Shown: positions 10,297 to 18,898, counted from the stretch's first letter. The stretch: DNA of 47,526 nt from Chloroflexota bacterium (GCA_023381555.1 JAMCRV010000087.1:1-47526); one strand, 5' to 3'. Notes: a model not told the origin generated them from the letters alone. Translations and numbers: made by a program.

Positions 10297-11403
10297 TCAG
10301 TGCCACTGGGCGGCAGCATCTCTTACTGCACCGTATACCAGCTCCGGATTGAAATCGGGATCGACCATATCGAAGTAGTAGGCGGAGTCTGTCTTTGGAA
10401 TGGAGCCTACCTGACGGAAATACCAGATGTTCACCACTCCTACGTACGGATATTGTTTTTTCGCGAGCTCGATCCCTTGTACCGTGTATGTAGCTTGTTG
10501 CTCGCGAGTCACCCGTCCCCAGATGAGTTGATCTGGTGGCATCTCCTTCGGCGATGCATTCCACCCGTATTCGTTGAACCACATCGCCTTGTTCCCATCG
10601 CCATTCTTTTCCGTGACCGCGTGGAGCAAGGTGAAGCGCAAGAAGTTGAGCCGGTCGGGAGATGGAGGATCATTTGGCGGGTACGCCAGCCCATACGCAT
10701 TAGCTGCGAGGACGTCGAAGCTACCCTTGGCCCCACTATCGTACATCTGCTGTAGGTAGTCTGTCTCCACGAGCGCACGAGGCGAGCGCTCGAGGGTCTC
10801 TGCGAGAGGGGCACTAATAACCACGATATGTTGGTCGGCATCCTTAGCCCGCGTGTAGCTCAGCTTCAGTAGCTTGGTGTACTGTGCCGGATTCGGGGGC
10901 TGGCCGCCCCATTCAACTGCTAAATTCGGCTCGTTCCAGATCTGGACGGCAGACACCTGACCCTTGTAGTGACGGACAAAGGTGTTGACAAAGTCGGCGT
11001 AGTCTTCGTAGTTATCAGGCGGTGCATTGAAGTCCGGCTTTTTCTGGGTCCACGCCGGCGGATAGTCGAGCCGAGCTATAACCTTGATGCCGTACTTCTG
11101 CGCAAGCCCGATAATCTCGTCATACTTGCCCCAAGTAAACTGCCCTCGGTTGTGCTCGATCTGGTCCCAGATAAACTCTTCCTTCATCCATCCAATGTGG
11201 GCATCCCTCATCATCTGAATGGTACGTTCTCGCTTAGCAATTTCGACTTCCTGACCAAGGAACGTGTTTGCCCCGAAGGGGTACTCGTTTGCTAGCGGGG
11301 AAGTCTGCGTGCCTGTCTGTCCGCCGATCGAGGCGCAGCCAGCCAGAGCCAGGGTAGATGCGACAGCCGCACCGAGAAATTGCCGCCGCGACGTTTGATT
11401 CAC
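10297..11403 (-). CDS. Tat-exported lipoprotein glycoside hydrolase (clan GH-A; GH5/GH39-like)
   Basis: Twin-arginine SRRQFL plus lipobox LAGC. Acid/base motif WNEPN and nucleophile region WFNEYGW. Confidence 0.8.
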   Translation of the reverse strand: MNQTSRRQFLGAAVASTLALAGCASIGGQTGTQTSPLANEYPFGANTFLGQEVEIAKRERTIQMMRDAHIGWMKEEFIWDQIEHNRGQFTWGKYDEIIGLAQKYGIKVIARLDYPPAWTQKKPDFNAPPDNYEDYADFVNTFVRHYKGQVSAVQIWNEPNLAVEWGGQPPNPAQYTKLLKLSYTRAKDADQHIVVISAPLAETLERSPRALVETDYLQQMYDSGAKGSFDVLAANAYGLAYPPNDPPSPDRLNFLRFTLLHAVTEKNGDGNKAMWFNEYGWNASPKEMPPDQLIWGRVTREQQATYTVQGIELAKKQYPYVGVVNIWYFRQVGSIPKTDSAYYFDMVDPDFNPELVYGAVRDAAAQWH

Positions 11404-11447
11404 ACTTGCACTCCTCGTAGCTGAGAGAGAACTTCGTAGCCTACTAG

Positions 11448-12143
11448 CTAGCCCACCGTTTGGCGCGCTAGCGCAAGGCCATACACTTTAGACGCACCTG
11501 CATTGCGCAAGGCTGCAGCGCAGGCACTGAGTGTACTGCCCGTCGTTGCAACGTCGTCCACGATAAGCACTGTCTTCCCAGTGATGTCGCATTGTCCGGA
11601 CACAACAAACGCTCCAGTCATATTGTGACGGCGCTCAGCGACACCAAGGCCAATCTGATCTGCAGTAAAGCGGACGCGCAGCAGAAGATGATCCCGGAAG
11701 GGGATGCCGAGTGCACGCGCCAGCGGTCTGGCGAGCGCGGTAGCTTGGTTATATCCACGCGACCTCTCCCGTCGAGGGTGAAGGGGCACAGATGTCACAA
11801 GCTGAGCGTGCCATCCTTGCAACAACCACGTCTGCAGCAAGAGTTCAGAGAGTGCGCCTGCCGTAGCCGTACGGTTGCCATATTTCAGCCGGTGCACGGC
11901 CTCACGAACCGGCCCTTCAAACAGAGCTACGGCACGGAGCGCGGTGAACGAGGGGCGCTGCTCAAGGCAGATGAGACATGGGCTGATCGCAGAGGGCTGG
12001 CCACACACCGCACACACTGGCTGCGGTACTGGCACGCACAGCGCTTGACAGCGATCACACCACCAAGCGCCAGGGCTGTCACAGCCAGCACATCGAGGTG
12101 GATAGAAGAGGTCAAGCGCATGCTCAATGGGAGTAGACCTCAC
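11448..12143 (-). CDS. comF: ComF family phosphoribosyltransferase (double zinc ribbon)
   Basis: N-terminal CxxC pairs, VPLH..RERSRGYNQA, and PRTase loop IVDDVATTGSTL. Confidence 0.9.
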   Translation of the reverse strand: MRSTPIEHALDLFYPPRCAGCDSPGAWWCDRCQALCVPVPQPVCAVCGQPSAISPCLICLEQRPSFTALRAVALFEGPVREAVHRLKYGNRTATAGALSELLLQTWLLQGWHAQLVTSVPLHPRRERSRGYNQATALARPLARALGIPFRDHLLLRVRFTADQIGLGVAERRHNMTGAFVVSGQCDITGKTVLIVDDVATTGSTLSACAAALRNAGASKVYGLALARQTVG

Positions 12144-13249
12144 CGGCTCTCCCGCCGCTGGAGCAGCCAGCAGTACGCTTCGTACGTCTTCCCCGCAATC
12201 TCACGCTGAGTGTAGTGGGCGAGCACTCGCTCTCGCCCCCGGCGAGCCGCATCCCGTCGCCGCGATGAAGAGCGAGCGAAGATCTCGAGCGCGTGCTCCA
12301 AGGCAGCGGCGTGGCCTTCCGGGACAACGTATCCGACATCTCCAATAACGTTCTGCATCTCTCCTGAGTCACTGACGATGACAGGAATGCCGCAGCACAT
12401 AGCTTCGCCGACCGACCGGTTGAATTGCTCTTTCCAGTTGGGCCGGGTAAGCGAAGGGGCCACGTAGACGTGCCAGCGATGATACAGTTGAGGCATATCC
12501 TGCGAAGGGCGCTGGCCAAGCAGCGTGAGTCGATCAGCACATCCGAGCGATGCCGCGAGTGCCTGCAAACGGCCGCGTTCTGGCCCTTCACCAACGATCT
12601 CAAGTTTCCAACGAAAAGGGAGTCGTGCGGCAGCTCGTAGCAGCACATCGAATCCTTTCTCAGGGACGAGCCGGCCACTCGCACCAATGACGAACGTCTC
12701 TACCGCAGGCTCGTCTGCCCGCCAGGTATAGAGCTGAGGATCGAAGCCAAACTGTGGCACGAGGCGGACTTCTCCAGCGTACCCCTTCGCGCGAAGCACT
12801 CGCACGGCATCCGCATTTCCACAAAGTGCAAGATGGGCTCGCCGGAGAGTGAGCGCTTGGATGAACCGGAACGGTGGTGGAACCCGCCGCAGTATATTTT
12901 GCCAGGTAAAGAAGAGCAGCTCACTACTTCCACTCGCCAGCACGGTCTGAAGAGCTACGGCATCAGCAGGCTCTTCGTCAAGATGGATGATGTCTGGTCG
13001 AAACTGCCGCACCACTTGCCCTAGCCCACGGTAGCTATGCAGATGAAAGTGGCCGTTGAGACGCATAGGTAAGACGGCAGTGTGATACCCACACGTGAAG
13101 AGTGGATCGTAGCGCAACACGCGACCTGGCTCACGCCACTCGGGCGGAACAACGAGCATAAGCTCGATGTCTGGAAAGCGAGACAACTCCTCGAGCTTGC
13201 GCTGATACGCCCCTACGACGAGTGCTTTGGCGATCATGAGGACTCGCAA
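12140..13249 (-). CDS. Glycosyltransferase family 4 (GT-B)
   Basis: GRLVPEKGFDVLL and WKEQFNRSVGEAMCCGIPVIVSDSG (EX7E-like motif). Confidence 0.88.
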   Translation of the reverse strand: MRVLMIAKALVVGAYQRKLEELSRFPDIELMLVVPPEWREPGRVLRYDPLFTCGYHTAVLPMRLNGHFHLHSYRGLGQVVRQFRPDIIHLDEEPADAVALQTVLASGSSELLFFTWQNILRRVPPPFRFIQALTLRRAHLALCGNADAVRVLRAKGYAGEVRLVPQFGFDPQLYTWRADEPAVETFVIGASGRLVPEKGFDVLLRAAARLPFRWKLEIVGEGPERGRLQALAASLGCADRLTLLGQRPSQDMPQLYHRWHVYVAPSLTRPNWKEQFNRSVGEAMCCGIPVIVSDSGEMQNVIGDVGYVVPEGHAAALEHALEIFARSSSRRRDAARRGRERVLAHYTQREIAGKTYEAYCWLLQRRESR

Positions 13250-13354
13250 GGCTTGGTTCTACTTTTCTCAGGTCAACGCCGTCGACAGCGGAGAGATCGA
13301 CGTGCGGAAGCGGACAAGCATACGCGCGGTCACGCGACTCAACCCATGCTCTTG

Positions 13355-15253
13355 TTAGCCTCGCGCACCACTGCTTTGGGTCAGCAGATTCGTGAGAAAC
13401 TCAGCGTTGCTCCGGGTACGCTCCATCTGCTGCACGACTCGCTGCGTTCCCGATGTTTGATCAGGTGACATTGCCAGGACCCGCCGTAGGCGCTGCACCG
13501 CCATCAACTCATTGGGAGGTAGCAGGAGTTCCTCCCGGCGAGTGCTCGACTTGACGATGTCGATGGCCGGGAACACGCGCTCCTCTGCCAGACGCCGGTC
13601 GAGCACGAGCTCCATATTGCCTGTGCCCTTGAGTTCTTCATAGACCACATCGTCAAGACGGCTGTTGGTGTCAACGAGACACGTAGCAATGACAGTGAGG
13701 CTACCACCTTCCTGCAATGCTCTGGCAGCACCAAAAAACCGCTTGGGTGGATAGAGTGCTGAAGTTGCCATGCCTCCAGAGAGACTGCGGCTGTCGCCAG
13801 GCGCCGCCAGGTTATACGCGCGGGCCAAGCGCGTAATGGAGTCAAGTAGCACGACGACGTCGAATCCTGATTCCACCAGCCGCTTGGCTCGCTCGACAGT
13901 GAGTTCGGCAAGATCCGTGTGGTGGCTGATCGCCTCGTCAAACGTAGAGCTGATGGCCTCGCCTTTGATGCTCTTAGAGAGATCGGTGACTTCCTCCGGT
14001 CGTTCGCCAACGAGACAGACGATGAGCCGTACTTCAGGGTAGTTGGTGTTGATACTCCGCCCGATCTCCTTGAGTATGGTCGTCTTTCCTGCCTTCGGAG
14101 GCGACACGATGAGGGCCCGTTGACCGAACCCTATCGGCGCGACCAAGTCGATGAGCCGCGCTGTGATGGAGTCAGGACGCTCCAGCCGGATCTGACGTTC
14201 CGGATAGATCGGAGTGAGCTCATCGAAGTGTCTGCGCTTGGGCATCTCTTCGAAGGGAATACCATTGATGCTCTGAACGTCGAGAAGCTCGCCGAGGCGG
14301 CGACCTGGAAGCGGCCCGCGGACAAGGCCGACTACTTCGTCACCAGATCGCAGACCGTACGTACGGACCACGTGGTTCGGAATGACGGCGTCGCTGGCAC
14401 TCGGCAGATACCCGTGGATCCGCAGTGTCCACTGTGCACCACCCTGCTCCACGGAGACGACGAATCCTCGTGTGATGACTTCCGCCGGCCGTTGATACGT
14501 AGTGCCATCGAGCGCTCGATCGTGCTCCTGCGATTCACGTGCTGTTTGGTCTCGATAGCCCGCGGCTTCGCGAGACTGTGCGCTCCCTTCACGCTGCCAA
14601 TCGCGTCCGCGTCCGCCGTTTCCGTTCCGTGAATCTCTCCCTTGGAAGTTACCGCGATCGCGGTCCCGTCCATCTTGCTGGCTCCGGTTTCCATTCGGTC
14701 GCCCGGAGTCGCGCCCTTCTCTATTCGCCGGGCGATCACGGAAGTCACGGCGCTGAGAGCGATGCCCCTGACGCGACTGTTCACCAGAAGCCGGCTCCCG
14801 GTCGCCAGGACCGGAAGCGTGCTCGGAGCCGCTGTCACGGCGCTCATCCACAGGAGCGACCGTCGCGATGGTGTCATGCTTCAAGCCGGCCTGCGCGAGG
14901 TTGATGTCATTCACCTCTTCAACTCCAACGGAGACATTTCCGATATCGTTCGACGTAGTGACGGCAGCGGGGGGAACAGCAGCTTGCGCAACACTCTTGG
15001 AGTTTGCGGTCTCTTCTGTAGAACCAGTGGGAGGCTCCGTCATCGCATCAGCTTCGCTCGCGTTGCCTACGGAGGCACGAATATTCGACGATCTTGATCG
15101 GCGAGACCGGCTTCGACGGCTCGCCGGCGCCTGTTCGGCGGGTTGTAGCTCAGATTGGTTAGCATCTCTCCGAACGGCAACGTCAGCAGCGGTCTTGCTC
15201 AGGGCGTCGTTACCGTTGTGGAGAGGCTCTTGCACGGGTTGATCAATGCTCAT
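13355..15253 (-). CDS. rho: Transcription termination factor Rho with long disordered N-terminal extension
   Basis: [68 protein letters not shown]. Confidence 0.95.
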   Translation of the reverse strand: MSIDQPVQEPLHNGNDALSKTAADVAVRRDANQSELQPAEQAPASRRSRSRRSRSSNIRASVGNASEADAMTEPPTGSTEETANSKSVAQAAVPPAAVTTSNDIGNVSVGVEEVNDINLAQAGLKHDTIATVAPVDERRDSGSEHASGPGDREPASGEQSRQGHRSQRRDFRDRPANREGRDSGRPNGNRSQQDGRDRDRGNFQGRDSRNGNGGRGRDWQREGSAQSREAAGYRDQTARESQEHDRALDGTTYQRPAEVITRGFVVSVEQGGAQWTLRIHGYLPSASDAVIPNHVVRTYGLRSGDEVVGLVRGPLPGRRLGELLDVQSINGIPFEEMPKRRHFDELTPIYPERQIRLERPDSITARLIDLVAPIGFGQRALIVSPPKAGKTTILKEIGRSINTNYPEVRLIVCLVGERPEEVTDLSKSIKGEAISSTFDEAISHHTDLAELTVERAKRLVESGFDVVVLLDSITRLARAYNLAAPGDSRSLSGGMATSALYPPKRFFGAARALQEGGSLTVIATCLVDTNSRLDDVVYEELKGTGNMELVLDRRLAEERVFPAIDIVKSSTRREELLLPPNELMAVQRLRRVLAMSPDQTSGTQRVVQQMERTRSNAEFLTNLLTQSSGARG

Positions 15254-15505
15254 AGAGAGATTTTTCTAGCGGGCCTTGGAGCGTAGCCTAGCGCTCGAGC
15301 GCCCTAAGAGAACAGCGCGACGGCCTTAGGAAGAGAGGAATCGCAAGAACTGCACAGAACCTGTTCGACGCGAGACGGAGCCCTCTGGCACCTATCCAAA
15401 CCACACATACCCCCCGATGTACCCACACGAGGGGATAAGGATTTCCGCGTTCTCTGCTCTCAGCTACACGCAAGCAGTCACTGTGCTTGCATAGTGCTCT
15501 GAATG

Positions 15506-15534
15506 ACTATACCGTACCCTGACACTTCTGTCAG
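15506..15534 (-). promoter_or_regulatory. Putative sigma70 promoter of rho (CTGACA-17-TATAGT) overlapped by a CTGACA-N4-TGTCAG palindrome
   Basis: Minus strand reads ctgaca-gaagtgtcagggtacgg-tatagt with a 17-bp spacer. The inverted repeat spans 15519-15534. Confidence 0.55.
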
Positions 15535-15627
15535 CGTCTAGCAAGCGCACGCACCTTCTCGCGGCAAATGTTGCTTGGCCGTCATAATCACAAGGTAAGC
15601 TGCCGCTGCGGCTGTCCAGATCACCCC

Positions 15628-16590
15628 TCAGGAAGTGACGGAATAGAGCGGCGGCTGGCCATCGAGCACCCGCGCAACCTCTTGAACGGCCGTCACCGCC
15701 ATCGCTCTCGTAGATTCTTCACTCACTCCGGCCATGTGCGGACTGAGTAGCACGTTCGGCATATCGCGCAGCGGGCTCTCTGCTAAAGGTTCGGTCTCAA
15801 ACACGTCAAGAGCTGCCCCACCAACAAGGCCGGAGTGCAGCGCTGCGATGAGCGCAGTCTCGTCGATCACCGATCCCCGGCAGGTGTTGACGATGAGCAC
15901 ACCACGCTTGGCCCGACCATCCTGGAGGTGCTCGACACCGACGAGGTGATGCGTCTGGGGTGTCAATGACACGTGCAGCGTGATGATGTCGGCTTCGCTG
16001 AAGAGACGATCAAGGTCGACTACTTCTACCTCGTATTGCTTCGCATGATCCACGTCAACGACGACATCGTAGCCCAGAATCCGGCACTCGAAGCCGTAGA
16101 GGCGGCGAACCACTCTCTTCCCGATACGTCCTAATCCGACGACACCAACGGTCTTACCGTGTAAATCACGGCCGGGGGAACGCTGCCAGTGACCGCTGGT
16201 GACAGACAGATGATTTTCGACGACCCGTCTGGTCAAGGCGAGCATCAAAGCTAGCGTGTAATCTGCGACGGAATGATCGTTTGTACCTGGCGTTATCGTC
16301 ACCGCAACGCCAAGAGCGTGTGCTGCTGCCACATCGATGGCGTCATACCCCACACCGGTGCGAGCAATGATTCTCAGTCTTTGCGCGTCAGATAAGTCTG
16401 CGGCCGAAATGCGATCGCTCGATGCGATGACGGCATCGACGCCGGCAAGGAGCGCGGCCATCTCACCAGGTTGCCGGGTACCCGAAAAGGGTCGGAAGAG
16501 GAACTCCGCTCCCAGGTCCCTTAGCGGCTTTAGGGTCTCACCGTCCTCTGGATCAATGGCCAGGGATGTCACCAACACACGAAGAGACAC
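15628..16590 (-). CDS. D-isomer-specific 2-hydroxyacid dehydrogenase (phosphoglycerate dehydrogenase-like, no ACT domain)
   Basis: RTGVGYDAID, GVVGLGRIG Rossmann motif, NTCRG, ALDVFETEP, SPHMAG. Confidence 0.88.
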   Translation of the reverse strand: MSLRVLVTSLAIDPEDGETLKPLRDLGAEFLFRPFSGTRQPGEMAALLAGVDAVIASSDRISAADLSDAQRLRIIARTGVGYDAIDVAAAHALGVAVTITPGTNDHSVADYTLALMLALTRRVVENHLSVTSGHWQRSPGRDLHGKTVGVVGLGRIGKRVVRRLYGFECRILGYDVVVDVDHAKQYEVEVVDLDRLFSEADIITLHVSLTPQTHHLVGVEHLQDGRAKRGVLIVNTCRGSVIDETALIAALHSGLVGGAALDVFETEPLAESPLRDMPNVLLSPHMAGVSEESTRAMAVTAVQEVARVLDGQPPLYSVTS

Positions 16591-16700
16591 TGGGAGCTCC
16601 TCTGCTCACTCGGCCATCAACTTACGGAAACAGAGGGTAGCGCACGTGCGGTGAAGGCCACTCCCGTCAGTGGTATCTCCACCGCACGTACCCTTCCTCG

Positions 16701-16868
16701 CTAAGAGGAAGGAGTAGGGGTTGCATTAGCGGCTTCAGCCGCCTCGAGCTCCTTCTGTCGCCGCCGAACGAGGTAGTCATCGACAACGAGGTAGGCTATT
16801 GCGGCACCGACACTCAGCAACGTTCCAGCGCCGACGGCCATGAGAAACCACTGAATGACCTTACCCAT
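16701..16868 (-). CDS. 55-aa single-pass membrane protein (MGKVIQWFLMAVGAGTLLSVGAAIAYLVVDDYLVRRRQKELEAAEAANATPTPSS)
   Basis: Manual translation: ATG preceded by GGGGG, one clean TM helix, then RRRQK and a charged tail. Not in the ORF track, whose shortest entries are 60 aa. Confidence 0.65.
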   Translation of the reverse strand: MGKVIQWFLMAVGAGTLLSVGAAIAYLVVDDYLVRRRQKELEAAEAANATPTPSS

Positions 16869-16947
16869 CAGAATCCCCCAATTCGCACTTTATCGCACAC
16901 ATCGTAACGGATAACACTAGAAATCGTGCGTGATGGAGAATCGGATG

Positions 16948-16976
16948 TTGACAGCGCCTAGCCACCGTGGTATAAA
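16948..16976 (+). promoter_or_regulatory. Near-consensus sigma70 promoter TTGACA-17-TATAAA with TGn extended -10
   Basis: ttgaca gcgcctagccaccgtgg tataaa. No protein-coding gene lies downstream on this strand. Confidence 0.75.
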
Positions 16977-16982
16977 TGTATA

Positions 16983-17258
16983 GGTAGCGGGTGACCAGCT
17001 ACCAAGTAGTTCTAGAGGCTGGAGGTAGTTCTTTGAGGCAACGCAAGGAACCCCGGTCAGCTTTGGGAGTCTGGCAAGTTGACCGATGAGGCCCTCGCCG
17101 CGAGTGGTGGTGCAGGGTCGGGACAACCCCGGGTAGCACCCTGAAAGTTTGATTCAGAGGGAGGAGTTTTTACTCCTCTAGGTATGAGACTGTTCAAAGT
17201 CCCTAAGGGTGGGCGCCGGTAAATGTAAAGGCGGGAAGCATACGCTTCCCGCCTTTTT
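16983..17258 (+). ncRNA. Structured non-coding RNA (6S-like candidate or unclassified)
   Basis: Flanked by a strong promoter and an intrinsic terminator. Stems: GGTAGC/GCTACC, GTTCTTTG/CAAGGAAC, CGGTCAGCTT/AAGTTGACCG, CAGGGT/ACCCTG, GAGGAGT/ACTCCTC, and long-range CTAGAGG/CCTCTAG. No long ORF. Confidence 0.6.
17227..17258 (+). terminator. Intrinsic terminator of the ncRNA unit
   Basis: Perfect 13-bp stem AAAGGCGGGAAGC-atac-GCTTCCCGCCTTT running into TTTTT. Confidence 0.85.
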
Positions 17259-17268
17259 CCGTTAGCAG

Positions 17269-17313
17269 TGTTCTCGGCGGCCATATAGTGATACAGTGTG
17301 GCCGCCGAGAACA
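17269..17313 (-). terminator. 3' hairpin directly after the stop of the zinc-ribbon gene
   Basis: Perfect 15-bp inverted repeat TGTTCTCGGCGGCCA/TGGCCGCCGAGAACA abutting the TAA at 17314. No strong U-tract. Confidence 0.5.
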
Positions 17314-17862
17314 TTAGTGCACAGGTTCAGAGCCAACAGTTCCAGCAGATTCTGGGGAAGTGGGCTGTTCTGACAGCTCCGGGCCAAGAGAGTCTGCGGG
17401 AGCGACAATCTCCTCATCCATGTCAACTTCGGGGTATAGCTTGGCAATTTCGTCAGGAAGCCGGTCAGGGTCCACAAACTTTAGTCGATACACCGGATCA
17501 CTCGCCAACGGGTACAGCGGCTCGATGATCTCGACCCATCCGTCGTCAATCCCACGAGCAATAGCCCGCGTCACCGTGAATACGAAAATCGAGTACGGTG
17601 TACTCTTCGGAGCTGTGGCCTGATAAATCCGCTCCCCCATACCGTTTGCGGTCCAGAGCATCTCGAGGACGTGCATAGGATCAGGCCGAATGATGTCCTT
17701 ACGCCACTTCTTCGTCTCGTACCACTGATCCAAGAGCGAATTGAACCGATACCACTTGCCAAGTGGATGATCACAAGATGGACAGGTCAACGACGCCACA
17801 GAACCTTGGACGTTGACCCTTTGCCCGCATCGCGGACAGGTAAGCGCCGAGAGCATTTTCAA
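17314..17862 (-). CDS. Hypothetical protein with N-terminal zinc ribbon
   Basis: CPRC...CPSC, GAGG upstream of the start, acidic C-terminal tail. Confidence 0.75.
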   Translation of the reverse strand: MKMLSALTCPRCGQRVNVQGSVASLTCPSCDHPLGKWYRFNSLLDQWYETKKWRKDIIRPDPMHVLEMLWTANGMGERIYQATAPKSTPYSIFVFTVTRAIARGIDDGWVEIIEPLYPLASDPVYRLKFVDPDRLPDEIAKLYPEVDMDEEIVAPADSLGPELSEQPTSPESAGTVGSEPVH

Positions 17863-17991
17863 CTACCTCGTCTGTACTTGCAGAGCACACGCTGATAGGT
17901 AGGCACCGAGGTGCCTCTTCGGATTCTAGCACCTTCGCAGGCTCGCACTGCTAAGCTGGAGCAACGAGGCTACGCAGAGGCAGCTGGAGTC

Positions 17992-18040
17992 AAAGACAAA
18001 CCCCACCAGCCTCTCACAGATCAGCGAGAGATTGATGGGG
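17992..18040 (-). terminator. Intrinsic terminator after trxA
   Basis: Minus strand CCCCATCAATCTCTC-loop-GAGAGGCTGGTGGGG followed by TTTGTCTTT. Confidence 0.6.
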
Positions 18041-18046
18041 AAGGTT

Positions 18047-18379
18047 CTACTTAGCTGCGATATAAGGCTGGAGCTGGGCGACAAGCCGCTCCTTTGGCTT
18101 GAAGCCGACGATTCGCTCGGCTGGCTTGCCATCCTTGAAGAGAATCAACGTCGGAATGCTCTGCACCTGGTATTTGAACGCGGTGTCGATGTTCTCATCA
18201 ACGTCGAGCTTGAATACACGGAGGGTGTCCTGGTAATCCTTGGCAATCTCCTCGACGATCGGCGCAACCATGCGGCACGGACTACACCACGCCGCCCAGA
18301 AATCCACCAACACCGGAGTATCAGACTTCAAGACCTGGGTCTCGAACTCCTTGTCAGTCACCACACTTACCGTCGCCAT
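18047..18379 (-). CDS. trxA: Thioredoxin
   Basis: VLVDFWAAWCSPCRM, VQSIPTLILFKDG. The active site is WCSPC. Confidence 0.95.
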   Translation of the reverse strand: MATVSVVTDKEFETQVLKSDTPVLVDFWAAWCSPCRMVAPIVEEIAKDYQDTLRVFKLDVDENIDTAFKYQVQSIPTLILFKDGKPAERIVGFKPKERLVAQLQPYIAAK

Positions 18380-18420
18380 ATGGCACCAGTCCTTTACTAG
18401 TAGTCAGCGCACCGAATGCG

Positions 18421-18672
18421 CTATTTGAGACGAAGAAATGATCGCAGGGCTTCATTCAATGCTTCGCGGGTTTCCTCCGATAGCTGCCCTCCTGCCAGGC
18501 AATGATGCATATGGTCCGTGAGCAACGAGATACTGACACTGTCGATCGCGGCGCGCACCGCCATGAGCTGCGTGAGCAGATCAGGACAGTTGCGACCGTC
18601 CTCGATCATCCGTTGTATGCCCCGGACTTGCCCTTCGATCTTGCGCAATCGAAGGAGCACGTCATTATCCAT
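18421..18672 (-). CDS. csoR: CsoR/RcnR family metal/thiol-sensing transcriptional repressor
   Basis: RLRKIEGQVRGIQRMIE...C.D...Q..AVRAA...H..HC with a Cys-His-Cys fingerprint. Start reassigned to ATG 18672, because the promoter lies inside the longer ORF call. Confidence 0.85.
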   Translation of the reverse strand: MDNDVLLRLRKIEGQVRGIQRMIEDGRNCPDLLTQLMAVRAAIDSVSISLLTDHMHHCLAGGQLSEETREALNEALRSFLRLK

Positions 18673-18686
18673 CGCTCTCTCTAACC

Positions 18687-18701
18687 TACCCCCATGGGGT
18701 A
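18687..18701. promoter_or_regulatory. CsoR-type operator TACCCC-CAT-GGGGTA
   Basis: Palindrome with C/G tracts flanked by TAC/GTA, the known CsoR operator architecture, located at the predicted TSS of csoR. Confidence 0.75.
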
Positions 18702-18706
18702 TCTCC

Positions 18707-18735
18707 AGTGTAGCGAGGGGGCCTCTTCCTGTCAA
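18707..18735 (-). promoter_or_regulatory. sigma70 promoter of csoR-trxA (TTGACA-17-TACACT)
   Basis: Minus strand ttgaca-ggaagaggccccctcgc-tacact. Confidence 0.7.
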
Positions 18736-18748
18736 TGGGTTGCCGAGC

Positions 18749-18778
18749 TTGACCATTTGCAAGCGCCGGCGCTATAGT
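18749..18778 (+). promoter_or_regulatory. Divergent sigma70 promoter TTGACC-18-TATAGT
   Basis: Back-to-back with the csoR promoter and upstream of the 71-aa ORF. Confidence 0.5.
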
Positions 18779-18898
18779 GCATCAGTGGTACTGTAGTTCT
18801 TTCAGCGTTACACACTCGAGTCAGCTGGATGACCATAGGGAGATGCGAAGAGCGTCCCCTGTCAATGACATAAGACAACCTTTGAGGAGTGAATCACT

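Noticed and set aside
16983-17258. T-box, SRP, tmRNA, hammerhead or lysine riboswitch identity for the ncRNA
   Set aside because: AAGGGTGG lacks the UGGNACC bulge, and there is no same-strand downstream gene. There is no SRP helix-8 motif, no tRNA-like ends, and CCGATGA is not the hammerhead CUGAUGA core.
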